From positions 124,001-188,000 of the forward strand of contig DF236975.1 of NCBI GenBank assembly GCA_000708835.1: a stretch of DNA of 64,000 nucleotides. The letters are read 5' to 3'. Both the position numbers and the translations under genes were made by a program. This document shows, piece after piece, positions 47,281 to 59,528 of the stretch. Numbering within the stretch: position 1 is the stretch's first letter; every line of letters starts with the position of its first letter. Below the pieces are notes generated by a model. It made no database searches, was not told where the DNA came from, and was given only the letters and a program-made list of their open reading frames with translations. The stretch is from Klebsormidium nitens (lineage: Eukaryota > Plantae > Klebsormidiophyceae).

Positions 47281-50200
47281 GAGATTTCGGACGACTGCTC
47301 CGTGAGCACCGCGCGCATCGTCTCCGCCAGCTTGACCCGCTCGAGCGGTTTCGTCAGATACCTGGCAAAGTCGTCGAAGAAAAAGATCGTCTAAAATCAG
47401 CCGAGCCGGGAAAGTGGAGAGATCATATCCTCAAATGACCCGCTGTTTAACGTACCTGATAATGCTTCATCTGTTACAGTTGGGCGCGAATTGCGGCTTG
47501 CATCTGCCACTTGCGATTGGAGCACAGGCCCAATTGCGAGAGCGCAGTTGCTAGGACGCTCTAGGAAGTTCGGGGCACGTTTGGGACTTCCTCGCACCAG
47601 GTACCAAGCAAATTCGCGTGCTATTCACACACAATAAATCATGGCAGGTATGGAGCAATCCTTTACGGAGGTCACAAATCTAGGTCCCACAATATTCAGA
47701 AGCACTTTGACCCTCACTTCGCGGTTGTTCTGCCGCCTTCTTCAGACGGTAAACCGGTCTTTGGAAACCGGACGTCTGAAAAGTTCTTATACAGCGTCTG
47801 ATGCGGACGTGCCGAGTCGTCCGTCCTATGCGGATTCCTAGTGCAAGAACTGCTCACTGAAACAAGGCCGTCGGTTCACAAAACACATTCCAATAAGCGG
47901 AACGGAAAAGGAACGGTTCCGTCAGGTACGTACCGGTCCATCCCCGCCTCCAGACACTTGGCCTCATCTTCCGCCATCGCGTGCGCGGTGAGGGCGAAAA
48001 TGGGCAGCCGCCGCCCGGCCGCGCGGGCGGCCTCCGCGCGCCGTATCGCGCGCACGGCCGCGTAGCCGTCCATGACGGGCATCTGAGAAGGGGTTTGCAG
48101 GGTTTAATGGACGGTTCGGATAATCGTAAGAAGTGCTCGTGTGCGACATTATAAGAATCGCGACCAGAGAGAATTTCTCAGGAGTTCCCAAGGCATCGGA
48201 TTGTAACTTGGACATCCATTGTCTTGCGAGCTTGATCCGTTTGTCCAAGGATGAACATCCGTTGAGAGGTTGAGGGCTAAAATTGTGACTCGGAGCATGA
48301 TTGTCTGGCTGAGATCGAAGTGAGCTTCTTGTGATCTCGGACCGCTCCTGTCTGCTTTACATTGTTGAATTGTGGGTTGTTGAAGTGTTGAACTATTGGT
48401 GAATGGTTGAAGTCTAAAATTCCCCGTTGGCTTGACCGTCCAGAAAGGGTCCAGAAAGCAGCCAGCGAATGGACGTTGAACGAACTTACTCCGGGTTCCG
48501 CGAGGCTCGGACCTCAGTCGTTCTTGGGCTCCAAAATTGGTCGCTTGGAAAGGACTGGTGGATTGAGACTGAGAAGACAAACAATCCAAAACGCCGAAAG
48601 CTGCCAATATTCTTTCCTTAGCCTTCCACTGCTTAGTGATCCTTGAATCGGCACATGTTCACCACAAGCAGCTCATTCAAACGTACGATTGCACGATGTC
48701 CAAGACGGTACGCAATGAGGGGACCCAATAAGCGGGCAATAAGCCTAAGCCTTCTCTTAAGGCGACTTGAGACGTTGAGCGTCGCTCAACGGACAACCGA
48801 TCGCACCAAACAATTTTCTTTGATTGCAAGCAAAGTAACTTGAAAATTCCAGAGCCCCGAAGCCCCGTGCGAAGTAAGAACAGCCGCGGAAACGACGTCA
48901 AAAACTCTCCGGTGTTCGAATCGCGAAGACCTTCACTCCACACGCTGACGTCATCGGGCGCACCTGGCAGTCCATCAGCACGAGATCGAACGGCCGGCTG
49001 ACGTCACCGGCCGCCTCTACTCCTTCCGCCGACTCCCCGAAGTTCGCCGCCAGCACCGCGCCCACCGCCTGCCGCCCGTTCTCGACTGACGTCACGCTCG
49101 CGCACATCTTCGTCAGCACGGCCTTCGCGAGCTGACGCAACACGGGCGTATCTTCCGCGACGAGGACCCGGTAGTTGGCTGCGCAGAACTGTACCATGAC
49201 CGGGTTGGAGTGTACCGGGGTTCCCTGGGGCGACTCTCTAGGCGAGAATGACTCAGAGATTTGTAGCCGGGGGAAGTCTAAAGATCTTGGGGGCGTTTCG
49301 ACCCGGGGGACCTCCTCGGGGATCGAGATCGACAGCTGCGCAATGTTGGCGGGCTTGGCGCATCTGAGCTCTCGCCGTCGAGGGGGGTCGCTGACGTCAG
49401 CGGAAAATGTTCCCCAGAGCGCCTGCAGCCGGCTGACGTAGACCGGCTTCTGCATGACGTCAGCGAAGCTCGCATCGCGCAGCAAGCGGCGCACGATCGC
49501 GGGCGTCTCGGAACCCAGAAGCCATACGAGATGGGGAACCTTAACCGGCCCGTTTTCCTCGTTAGCGCTAACCGGGGGAGATAAACCGGGGGCTTCCTCC
49601 GTACTTTCGCAGCTTAACGGGTCCTCGACGCTGCTTGGGTTTCCGGTCTTCCGTTCAACAGCCGCTTCGATTTCGCCCATAAGCGAGCGCACCTCGCCCA
49701 ATAAGCGCTCGACCATCTCCGCGTCACTAAGCGCGCAGGGCATCAGCGCGACGTCGAAGAGAACTAGATCGAAGAACCGGTCGCCCGCGTCCTTGGCCGG
49801 TTTCGCCGGGCTGGGTTCCGCTTCCGAGATCCTGGCGGATTCGGTGCTGCTGACGGAAGTCGTGCTGGAGCGCTTGAAGATGTCGAGGCTCCTCCGGAAG
49901 GCCGAGCTGCTGCGTTTCTTCGGCGATTCACTCGCCGCTTCCCCGCTGTTTTCCAGCACCAGCTGAGACTGGGCGCGTGGCGACGTGGGGGGGGTCCCCC
50001 GCCTCCTTTTCGTCCCCCCCTCGCGGTCGTCTCCTCCCACGCTGCGCCCGCTGCTGCTTCTCGATTCCGTCGGTTCGGACCCCCCCGAAACGTGTCCCCG
50101 CCCATGTCTCAAATGCGCGAGCGCTTGGCCCCAGCTCTGAACTGCGATAACCGCAGCCCCCCGGTCGCGGAAGAAGCGCGCTGCGATTTGTTCGTTCATG

Positions 50201-53200
50201 CGCCCCTTGATCGCGAGCAGAACGCGCGAGCGCACCGCGGGCGCACTGGGTTTCGGGGGTTCCGCAACCGGAAGCGGAACGAGACCCCGGGGCCCCCACG
50301 CAAGGCTGCCACGTGTCACGCTCATGCTCCGGTAGAAGGCCTCCAGGCTGGCCATCATCTCGCCACGTGGCGTCGTCACAGACCTCGTGAGCGCGCGCAC
50401 TCTCGTTGGCGTCTCGTGGGCGCCAGGGGCGCTGGCTCTCGAAAGCGTTAACGGCACCGTTGCCGGAACGGATTCCGGTTCCGCCGCCTTGCCCTGCAGG
50501 CGCCGGAGCATCGCCAGCGCCTCGAGGGTCAGCGCGCCCGCGCGCAGCTCCGCGCGCGCGCCCCCGAGCGGGCTCATGCGCCGCTCGATCCGGTGCGCGC
50601 GCGCGCGGCGCTCGATGACGTCATCGCCCAGCTTGGCCACCTCAGGCCGGTCGAGGTCCAGGTAGTTGAGCGTCTGGGTGCGGCTCGACCGCCGGTACTT
50701 ACCGGGCACTTGGAAGGAGGTCTCCCGCAGGTTGAGCACCAGCGGAACTCCGCTCGGGGGGCCTGGCGAAGCGGCCGGAACAGTGTGCTGAATGGGCTCG
50801 AGCGCTTTCTGCGAAGATTCAAAAAGCATTTTCTTGAAGGGGTCCGAATCGTTGGGTCGGATTTTGGTTTCGAGTGACTCGTTGAGAAGAGGGGAAACGC
50901 AAGCATTTTTGAAATGTTCCGGGATCAGAAGGTGAGTGTTTGGACGTGCCCACTGATCCGCTTAGGTTTTGCGTGAGAACAACCGGATGAGAGGTGCCCG
51001 GCTCTACTCGTACCAACGTTCCATCTCCTTTGGCTGATATCTTATCCCGCTTGGAGAAATGGACAACAGACACATCCTTTCTTGACTGTCGCGACCTCCC
51101 AGTCGGTCACCTTCTTCTAATGAACCGCCAAGGAGTCCCGCCAATATAATCAACACCCTAGTATCATTCCCGCGCGCGTGGGAGCGAAATAGACTACTCG
51201 CCTAGTGCGTCCAATCAAGAATATTGATCCTCCCCCCAAAAGAGTCAGTATTGAAAAAGTTTCAGAGCATGGGCTTCAGAGTTGCAGGAATAGAAGCTCT
51301 TATTGACAATGTTACCTTGAGCAACAAATCCAAAAACAATCCGTGAACGATACTTGAAGGATTCCCGGTAGAAACTCACCAGGTCCTGTCCCTGCAGGCA
51401 GAGCCGCACCCGGAAGAGCGCCCCTGGCGTGTCCTTCTCTTCGATCTTAATCGTCCCGCCCATCAGCTCAACCAGCGACTTAACGATGGTTAGCCCTAAC
51501 CCGGTCCCGCCGTACAGCCGGGTCGTGCTTTGGTCCGCTTGGACGAACGACTCGAAGACTGACAAAGCACGGTTCTTCGGAATGCCTGAACACAAGCGAA
51601 GTCAGATTTAAGACTTACGGGGAGCGGTTTCATGTAGGGACTTGAGTTTGATTTACCCAGGTTCTCTAGAACAACCGTCTCACCGGTTTGTCTCCATTCT
51701 TCCCTACCGGAAGAGTGTGATTAGAAAGGCCAACTTAAGATGAAGTGCAAGGTTTGCATTATGATCGGCCTTGACCAGAAAAGCTAGTGAGATCAATGCA
51801 CCTTCTATCTACGTGGACAAAGCGTCTGTTAATATTAACCAGGTAACGCCTGAGCGGTTCGATATTCGAGTTTCGTTTGGGGCCGCAAAAGTAAAACTGC
51901 AGCACCGGATCTCATCCTTCTATCGACATCAAGCCGTTCAATATCCGGAATCCGTTCGACAACAGAGGCTCAGAGAGGTGCACTTTCTCAGTGTGCGATT
52001 GCTTCGAGTCTCCTTTCTAATCGTGCGCTTGCTTCGAGCTTACCGCATCCAGAGTCTTCGATTTCGAAAATTGCCCACCCGATCCGCGAAGGATCGGAGC
52101 GGCAGCGCAGGAGCACATAGCCCTCCTGCACGCGACAAGCGCTTATGTGTAAGGAAAAAAGGATCTACTGTTCAAGCATTGAACGAGGCAAACGAGATAC
52201 GAGACGAGAAGAAGAGAGGTCCCAATTACTGCTTTGAGAGTTAGTTGCGAAGCCTCAATGTCGCCATGAAACATCGCAGAAACAGAATTACCCAACAGCT
52301 TCGATGAGCGAGTTTGTCAAAAGATGAAGTCTGAGATCCTTGATTCCGGTTCTTCAGGTCGGTTCTAGGTCAGGGAAAAAGAAGAAGTGACTTCAATTCG
52401 GAAGCGCTCAATCAGCATGCACGCTCAATCATATTGGCGTCAGAGATCAGGATATACCCGCGGAGCAGCCTCCAGAAAAGGTTCAGAATGAAAATTTTCA
52501 CACCGGTCACGCACCGAGGTAAACTTGATTGCATTGTTGATCAGATTGGTAAAGATCTGCCGCACACGCGCGGGGTCCCCAGTGACGATGCGCCCGAAGA
52601 TCCCGTCTGCAGAAAGTCGAGAAGAATCAGAACGCAGGAGTTGACATTCAACTATGTTGCTTCTTAATGATCTCACAGGCGAATCCTGTCTTTTCCATGG
52701 GGAAACGAATGCACAGAGCAATCAGAAGGCGTTCCCGTCCGAGGAGATACTCAAGAGCCGAAAGCTTGCAGAAACAGACTTTTCACGCTTACAATTGAGT
52801 CCAGGACGCTACGGCCACGATACAGCGGAAGAGAGAGGGATCACAATTGAAAACGAGTGCTGCAAGAATTCGCAATTGTAACGTAGAATCAGTAGATTTC
52901 AGCATGTAAAAGCGGCTCTTACCGGGCAAGTCTAGCGCCAGCTCGACGCCCTTTTTGGCGCTTTGGACGCTCATTATGTCGACCAGATTCTCCAGCAGAC
53001 CCACCAAGTCGAACTCCGTCGTCTCCAGAGTCATTTTTCCGGCCTCGATCTGCGCCAACAGAGACAGCCCCAGTCAGAAACCACGCTCCGCAGCCGGCGG
53101 GATGTTTCGATGTTGATGAGGGCAGGACTCAACTGTGGCCCTCTGAATCTTAACAATGGCAGCAATCGCCTTCAAACCTCCTGACAACCTCAATGTGCGG

Positions 53201-56200
53201 AACGGCTCGAGGGCGTCACCGCCCCCGCAAAATCGATTGCTGGAACAATCGGCCCAGAAACCCATCCTCTTTTCACTACCACAAGCGTGCATTCTGACCG
53301 TCTTCTGTCGGAAGATAAATTGACAGGACCTGGCTGACTTTCAAGAAGTTTGATGTGGAGAAAGCTTGACTCTGGAGTTCGACGCAGCATATCCTACCGA
53401 GTTCGAAAAAGAAGGCTTTTCTCCGAAAAGCAAAAGCAAAAGCAAAAGTCCGCGTCCTAGAGACAACTGCCCATCGCGTCTCCACGAATGCGGCCTTCTC
53501 AGATAAGTTGCGAGCAAGATCTCTATGAAACGCTTGTTGGGCAACTCTAATTTTGTGGCTCGGACAAGTGAGTGCCGCAGCTTGGAAATTGTCCTGTCTT
53601 TTTGAGCTGCTTGCTTTACAAGTCAAGAAACCTCCTGATCATATCCATTCAAGGCGGACATTGAAAACTTCACATTCCTTTCTTGCTGTCAACAAGAGGG
53701 CGCGCTGTGTGATAGTCACTGATCTGAGAGTTCGACGGTTCGTTCCTTCGAACTTTCAAAAACCGGCCGAGTAAAACAATGCTTCGGCGACGTACTTTGG
53801 AGATGTCCAGGAGATCGTTCAGCAGCCCCAGCAGGCCCGACGCGCATTCGCGGATCTGCGTGACGTTGCCGCGCTGCGGTGACGTCAGGTCGTCGTCCAG
53901 GAGCAGGTCGAGGAGGCCGATGATGCTGGCCATGGGGCTGCGCAGCTCGTGACTGCAAAGGGGGGGAGGAAACAGCCGGAGAGTTGGGGGGCGGGGGGGG
54001 AGAAAAGTGCGTAATCGACAGCGAGGACGGAAGAGGATAAGAGGATACTGGGTGGTTGAAAGTTCAGGATAGAAGAGGGAAATGAGTTCCACGACGTCTT
54101 CCTTAAAGGATGGAAGCGAGAGTGAGAAAGAGCCTGAAGAAGGAGCGAAAAGAGAAAGCAATGGTGCTTGCTCGAGAAGGGTCGGCCATTTGCAAGTCAA
54201 AGGAGCGATCATCTAGAAGATCTTTCCGTTAAGCCTTGATAAGGGCAGAGTTTCTGGTGTTTTGCGAGGTACGAATGCCTCTGGTTTCGTCTGGTGTCGA
54301 CCGTCTCAATCAAGCGCCGCCGCTGATCGCGCGCGCTGTTGGGGATGCAAAGGGCTGCAGAACTTGCGATAGTGTCACAAAGGACCAGAGGAGCGTAGTG
54401 CGCTCACGCGATCCGAGCGGGTATAGAAATAAGCCCACAGCTTATCACTGTATTCTTCGGTTGGATGTTAGCATACGATATGGGCGGTTTGCTCACCTCA
54501 TATTCGCCAGGAACCTCGACTTGGTTTCGTTCCGCGCCTCGGCCTTCTGCGTCGCTTGCAGTTGCAAAATCAGCTCCCGTTTCAACTTGATCTCCTCGCT
54601 AACCGGACTGGTTAGCAGCAAAACCAAGAAACACCCGATGATCCCGATCCCCCCGCTTCCGGAGATAACCGTCGCGATGGTTAGCGTAAACTTCCGGTCG
54701 ATAGCACCCATTACGCTGCTTCGGGGAACCAGCATAACAATGGTGAAGTTAAGCTCGCCGGTCATGATCAACTCCGTGTCCATGAAGTACGTCACCCCCT
54801 CGATCATGACGTCACGCGACGAGTTCACCGCGGCCGCGGCGTCGAGCGCGCCCAGGTAGCGCGCGCTCGCGCGGATCGTGGGGTTGCTGGAGTCCGACGC
54901 GAGGATGACGCTGCTGACGTTTGATTGGTAGCCCACGTAGCCGTCGGATGACGCAATCAGCGTCGCGCCGTTGGTTATGTACATGGTTCCTTTCAACAGA
55001 TCCAGCCCCGCTAAGAACCGACTGATGAAGGTTAACTCCATGGTTATGGTAACCACCCCCTTTTCCCCGGTTCCAATATTGTGCGACGCGATGAGAGTTG
55101 GGGCCCCCGTCGCGACCGCGTTGAAAAGCGTCACGCCGCGACCTGTCGGCGAATTTTGCGCGTTCAGATAATAAGGCTTCTCGCGGCAGTCGTTAACGGT
55201 CGGGAAAATCGTTGGCGGCCGCTTCGGCTGCCACGTGTTTACGTCGAGCTCCTCCTGATACGTGACAGGCGGCACGTGCGGGGGTGACGTGGCGTTGCTG
55301 AAGATCGCCTGGTAACGCGTCGTGTTGCTCCCCGTATCGGTCGTTATGTAGTCGTACCGATATATGCCGCTGGCAGCGCATACGCCCGCCCCGGTTATGG
55401 AGTCCCAGTTGAGGAGCCACGTGCCTACGATCTCGTTATCCTGCGGAAGCAAGGGGCGGCTGACCTTTTAGAACGGCGTACTTACGGGATCAAACGGACA
55501 ACCTTTAAGAAATAACGGAAACGAACAGCAGACTATGGTATGAAACACGGTCTGCGCATGAGCAGAAAGTTTTCAACCGAGGAAACGTCTGTAATCGATC
55601 GGGGGAGATCAACGTCGAAACTTTTCTAGACCGCCACGTCCACGAACGTGGAGTTTTCGGACAATAGGTTATGTTGCGAAGCGACAGTGACTCTCGTCTC
55701 AGAAACAACGATCCCGTGCGCCTTTGAAAGTCGTGAACGGGTGATGCAGAATGCAGATTCGGCTCTGAACGAGATGTTTCCAAAAAAACAGCATTCGGCG
55801 GTGCCGAGATTTTACCGCTTTCTGCATGCTAAAAGTCTGCCGAAAAACGTGACCGCACAGAATTGTAATCGTTTCCCTTCGATCAGCCCGAACCGATCCT
55901 CAGCTCCACAGCGTACCGAGTATTTTGGTTCTACCAGTGGAATCCACTTAGCTGAGGTTGAACCTTAAAGCATTGTCACGGGAACTAACCGTCCGGGTTA
56001 GCGTCGTATAATCTTCCGGGCTCATTAGCCACCAGCGGTCCATAGCGCGGGAGAACGACCCCGAGCTCTGGTTCTGGGTGGCCAGCAAGTTAAGAACCTG
56101 GTCAGCCGCCCGGTTAAGCAGCTCCCGGCGTAACCCGTAGCCCAGAATGTTGACCGTGTCGACGGATGACGTCCGCACGAAGACGAACGTCAGCAGAGTG

Positions 56201-57530
56201 GCGGCCGTGACGAAAACGGTCAGCAGAAACTGCGCGCACGAAAGGGGCAGCCCGGGTTTGGTGGGCGAAGCAAGAGGCGATCTTGCACCTTTCTTTTTTG
56301 CCGCTTCACCGATCTTTGGTATATGCGTTGGCAGCCCCGAAAGCTGATGTGAGTGTTCGATCCGCAGAAAGACGAGAGAAGTACGGCAGATAAAACTAAC
56401 GGTCGTGGCTTGCCAATTTAAATCTTTGCCCGTTCCCAGGTCTCGTGTTGGAAGGGGCAAACTCTGAAAGCAGGACGAGCTTGGAAAGGCCGAAGGGCGC
56501 CTTCGTGAAAGGGCGGCCTGTCGTCAGATTGGAGTTCAAGTCTTTCCGAACTTACATGAGAGTTCTCCCAAAGTATTCATTTCAAATAAGGGACATTGGG
56601 ATTGAGTAGCAATCTCATTGCCACAAAAAGTAGGGCTTCTCCTCCTCCGGCTAGGGCCGAAGCAAGACGTCCTCTTAAGATTTTAAATTCACGCCGAGGT
56701 GGGCAGTTGACGTGTGGTCCGATGCAGATATAACGTGGCGCTGACGTAGAGAAAACGAAGCCAACGAAACTGCAAGTAGGAACTGGCGCTCTCGGCATGC
56801 TGCAAAATATTGCTGAGCTCAGCTGCAATCTGGAAGGCGACTGGAGAGCTCTTCCAACGTAATGAAACCCATCGCCGGGATCGATGTGGTCACCCCTGGA
56901 TACCCGCCATCTTCCAACAAACATAGCGCCAGGGCTTGTAGCTGAAGTGCATTTCAACCCAGTGTGCTGTCAATCCGTAATCTGCGACCCTGCTTCTCAT
57001 CAAGCCTTAAGTTACAGTCTGCGAAAGTTGGGGCGGGATTGTGCGCTGTCCTTCTAGCAGCCGCTTCTCAAAAAGTGTCTGATTCACATTTGACTTTGCG
57101 CAGCGCCTCTGGGTGGCTGCAAGTAACTGGTTTAGCAGGGGTGCGGGCCAATGATCCTGATTCAACCCAGGGCTTAGCTTCGAAACGATTTTAAAAGCCG
57201 TACCTTCCCCAACAGGGACCGCGTCGCCTTTCAACCTCACAGGAAAAAACGCCTTACCAGCCAAACTGTCGCGCAGACCGTCTTATTGCCAAACAAGGGC
57301 GGCTAGATTTTGCGGTTCTCAGGTCCAATCCGCCTGAGGAACGAACTGCGGAGCAGAGTGACGTCACTCACCATCGTCGCCAGCCGCGTGAGCAGCACGT
57401 TGTAGCTGGCGGGATACGCCTGCTCCGCCACCGCTTTCTCGTCCTCTTCCCGGTCCCCCCACGGCTCCCGCTGTTTCTCCACCCCCCGGGGCCACATTCT
57501 CCAGCGCCACGTGCGCTTCCGCTCCGCCAT
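47271..57530 (-). CDS. AHK1: Hybrid sensor histidine kinase, AHK1(/CKI1)-like: 2 TM, extracellular sensor, HisKA, HATPase, degenerate receiver, receiver
   Basis: Exons 57530(or 57644)-57372, 56229-55990, ~55440-54497, 53952-53796, 53049-52923, 52606-52515, 52125-52044, 51585-51380, ~50808-48964, 48082-47934, 47361-47271. H-box [14 protein letters not shown]-box [10 protein letters not shown]-boxes EDSGCGI and GGTGLGL, receiver AED...DCQMPVMDG...[12 protein letters not shown] and IGC..L.LT..VS.E.KL..ELI.QL resemble Arabidopsis AHK1. Confidence 0.9.
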
Positions 57531-59528
57531 GCCCCGCTCCGCTACCAGGCACTTCTTGTGGGGGTACGGGCAGAGGACACAGTTACGCAGGCAGCCCTTG
57601 ACTCCCGCGGCGGGGTTCTCCCTCAGGTCGAATTGCACAGGCATCTTGTTGCTATAGAAGGGCCTAGTCTAGTTCTATCTAAGCGGTCTATGTGGAGATC
57701 GCGCATGCTGCCAACGGTATGCGCGCACCTGGAATGGGAGACTAGTTAATGTCTAGTATGTGAGATCGGGCCCACTAGTCCACGAGCTGTCTTCTGAGGG
57801 GTACTTTTGCATACCCTTTCCCTCCTTGGTGCTTCTAAATCTCTCTCTAAAGATTAGTCTTGTGCAATGCAGAGTTATACTGGACTCTTCAGAAGTCGAC
57901 GGCGGTCCGCCCTACGTCAATGTCCCGACTCGCTTCATGTCAGCACCTCATCTTCTCAAGTCAACAACATTGCTTCGTACTTCTCTTTCTGTGCGCGATT
58001 CACGCCCCTCTTCTTCTCTCATCCTTTGCCTTCACTGTGTCCCAATTGCTAGGCGGATCTGATCTTGTAATTCTGATTGCAATGCGACTACTTTTCGTGC
58101 TTTCTCACCCTCTGATCAACGCGTCCTTGGTGTCTTGACCTCAATCTCAATGAGACTGTGATGATTATTTACAATTGTCAAGCGCAGAAGACCTCACTCG
58201 AACCGAGTTTAGCATTTACTCAGTAGGAGTCACACTTCCCAGAAAGAGAACCCCAATTAAGCAGAAGTCACCTGGGGCACTTCGTGGTTGAAATTGAGGC
58301 CTACTTATTCCAATTGTACCTGTTCTGTACGTAATTTTGCCCGGCGGTTGACATTCATTGCAGTGCCAGCAGGCTATCATGATTGTCGAGTCGACAATGA
58401 TGACCTATATTTCCGTGCAAATTTTGTGCAATGTTAAAGCTGTACGTGCATTTGCAATTGGACTCTGACGTGGCAAAGAGTCGTCTGGCTCTGCACATAC
58501 GTCGGCAGCTTTAACTAGGGATAATTCCTCTTCTAAAGTGCCAGCCTGGCAGATTTTAGACCACTTCAGAAACTGCTGTAAACGGTGCACTTGCAGACCA
58601 CTTAGCATTTGTTACAGTGGATCGCTGGATCCAGCCGGCTCGGTCCTCTCAGCTGCCGCGGGAACAAACGGCAGTCAATTAAGGTGGCCGGATGCAGCAA
58701 AGAACTTTAAGTCAGCGTCAGCAATTGGCCGCCGCACATTGCATGGTGGAGCTGACGGTTTCAAGAGACGTCTAGCCTAGTCTTTTCGGACAGTTGCAAC
58801 GAAGCGCGACGAACACAAGCTTCGGCCGGCGTGCCAGTCAGCCGAAGCGACGTGAGAAGAGTTCTGGGAAGACACGTGGCTTCCAGGAAAAGGTCCTCAC
58901 ACTCTGAGCTCAAGCTAGAGGTTCGAAGAAGCATTGTAAGTCTCGCTTTTCTGGTACCTACATATACCTACCTAGGTCGTAAGTATTTATAAGCCTAGCT
59001 ACATAGGTAGCTAGGAAATCTTTGCCCTTTAATGGCAGCCTCAGAGTCATGGGACGAGGTGCCACTGTTTTCTAGCAAAATCTGCAGAATAATACAGTGG
59101 TCTGTTTCCACTAAGAACTGCTAAGAACCCCTAACAAGCGCGCGCATACTCCCATCTGACGATCGATGAGCAAACCGTCAAACATCGTACGGTCAAGACT
59201 TTGAAAGGGTCTACTTGAGAAGGCGGCTCTCCTATTTGCAGATCACCGTGAAACTGAGGCGCAGCGTGTGTGAGTTCTCATCAAAGGAACCCCCAACACC
59301 TTTCCCGCCAGATGTGTAAAGCAAGGGTCGCTTTGTGAACGTGTGCACATATTATAACTTGATAATAAGTACTAAAGTAGGAACTTGAAGCTCTAGGTTC
59401 CAGCTACCTACTAAGTTATGTATAGGTACTTGTCGCTCCATTGCAGAAAGGTGGCGCTGGTGTCACAACACTTGTCTCTATATTTGAAATCCTACTTCAG
59501 CAGCAGTGGGAGGATAATACCACCCACC

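Noticed and set aside
46645-47305. 140-150 aa ORFs on both strands
   Set aside because: They lie in the repeat-rich 3' region of the kinase gene, are low complexity and show no domain or splice support.
49175-50906. Many overlapping GC-rich ORFs on both strands
   Set aside because: Shadows of the large GC-rich histidine-kinase exon, with no motifs of their own.
54497-55440. CHASE-domain cytokinin receptor assignment for the kinase
   Set aside because: The flanking TM segments and H-box context match AHK1/CKI1, and I see no CHASE motifs.
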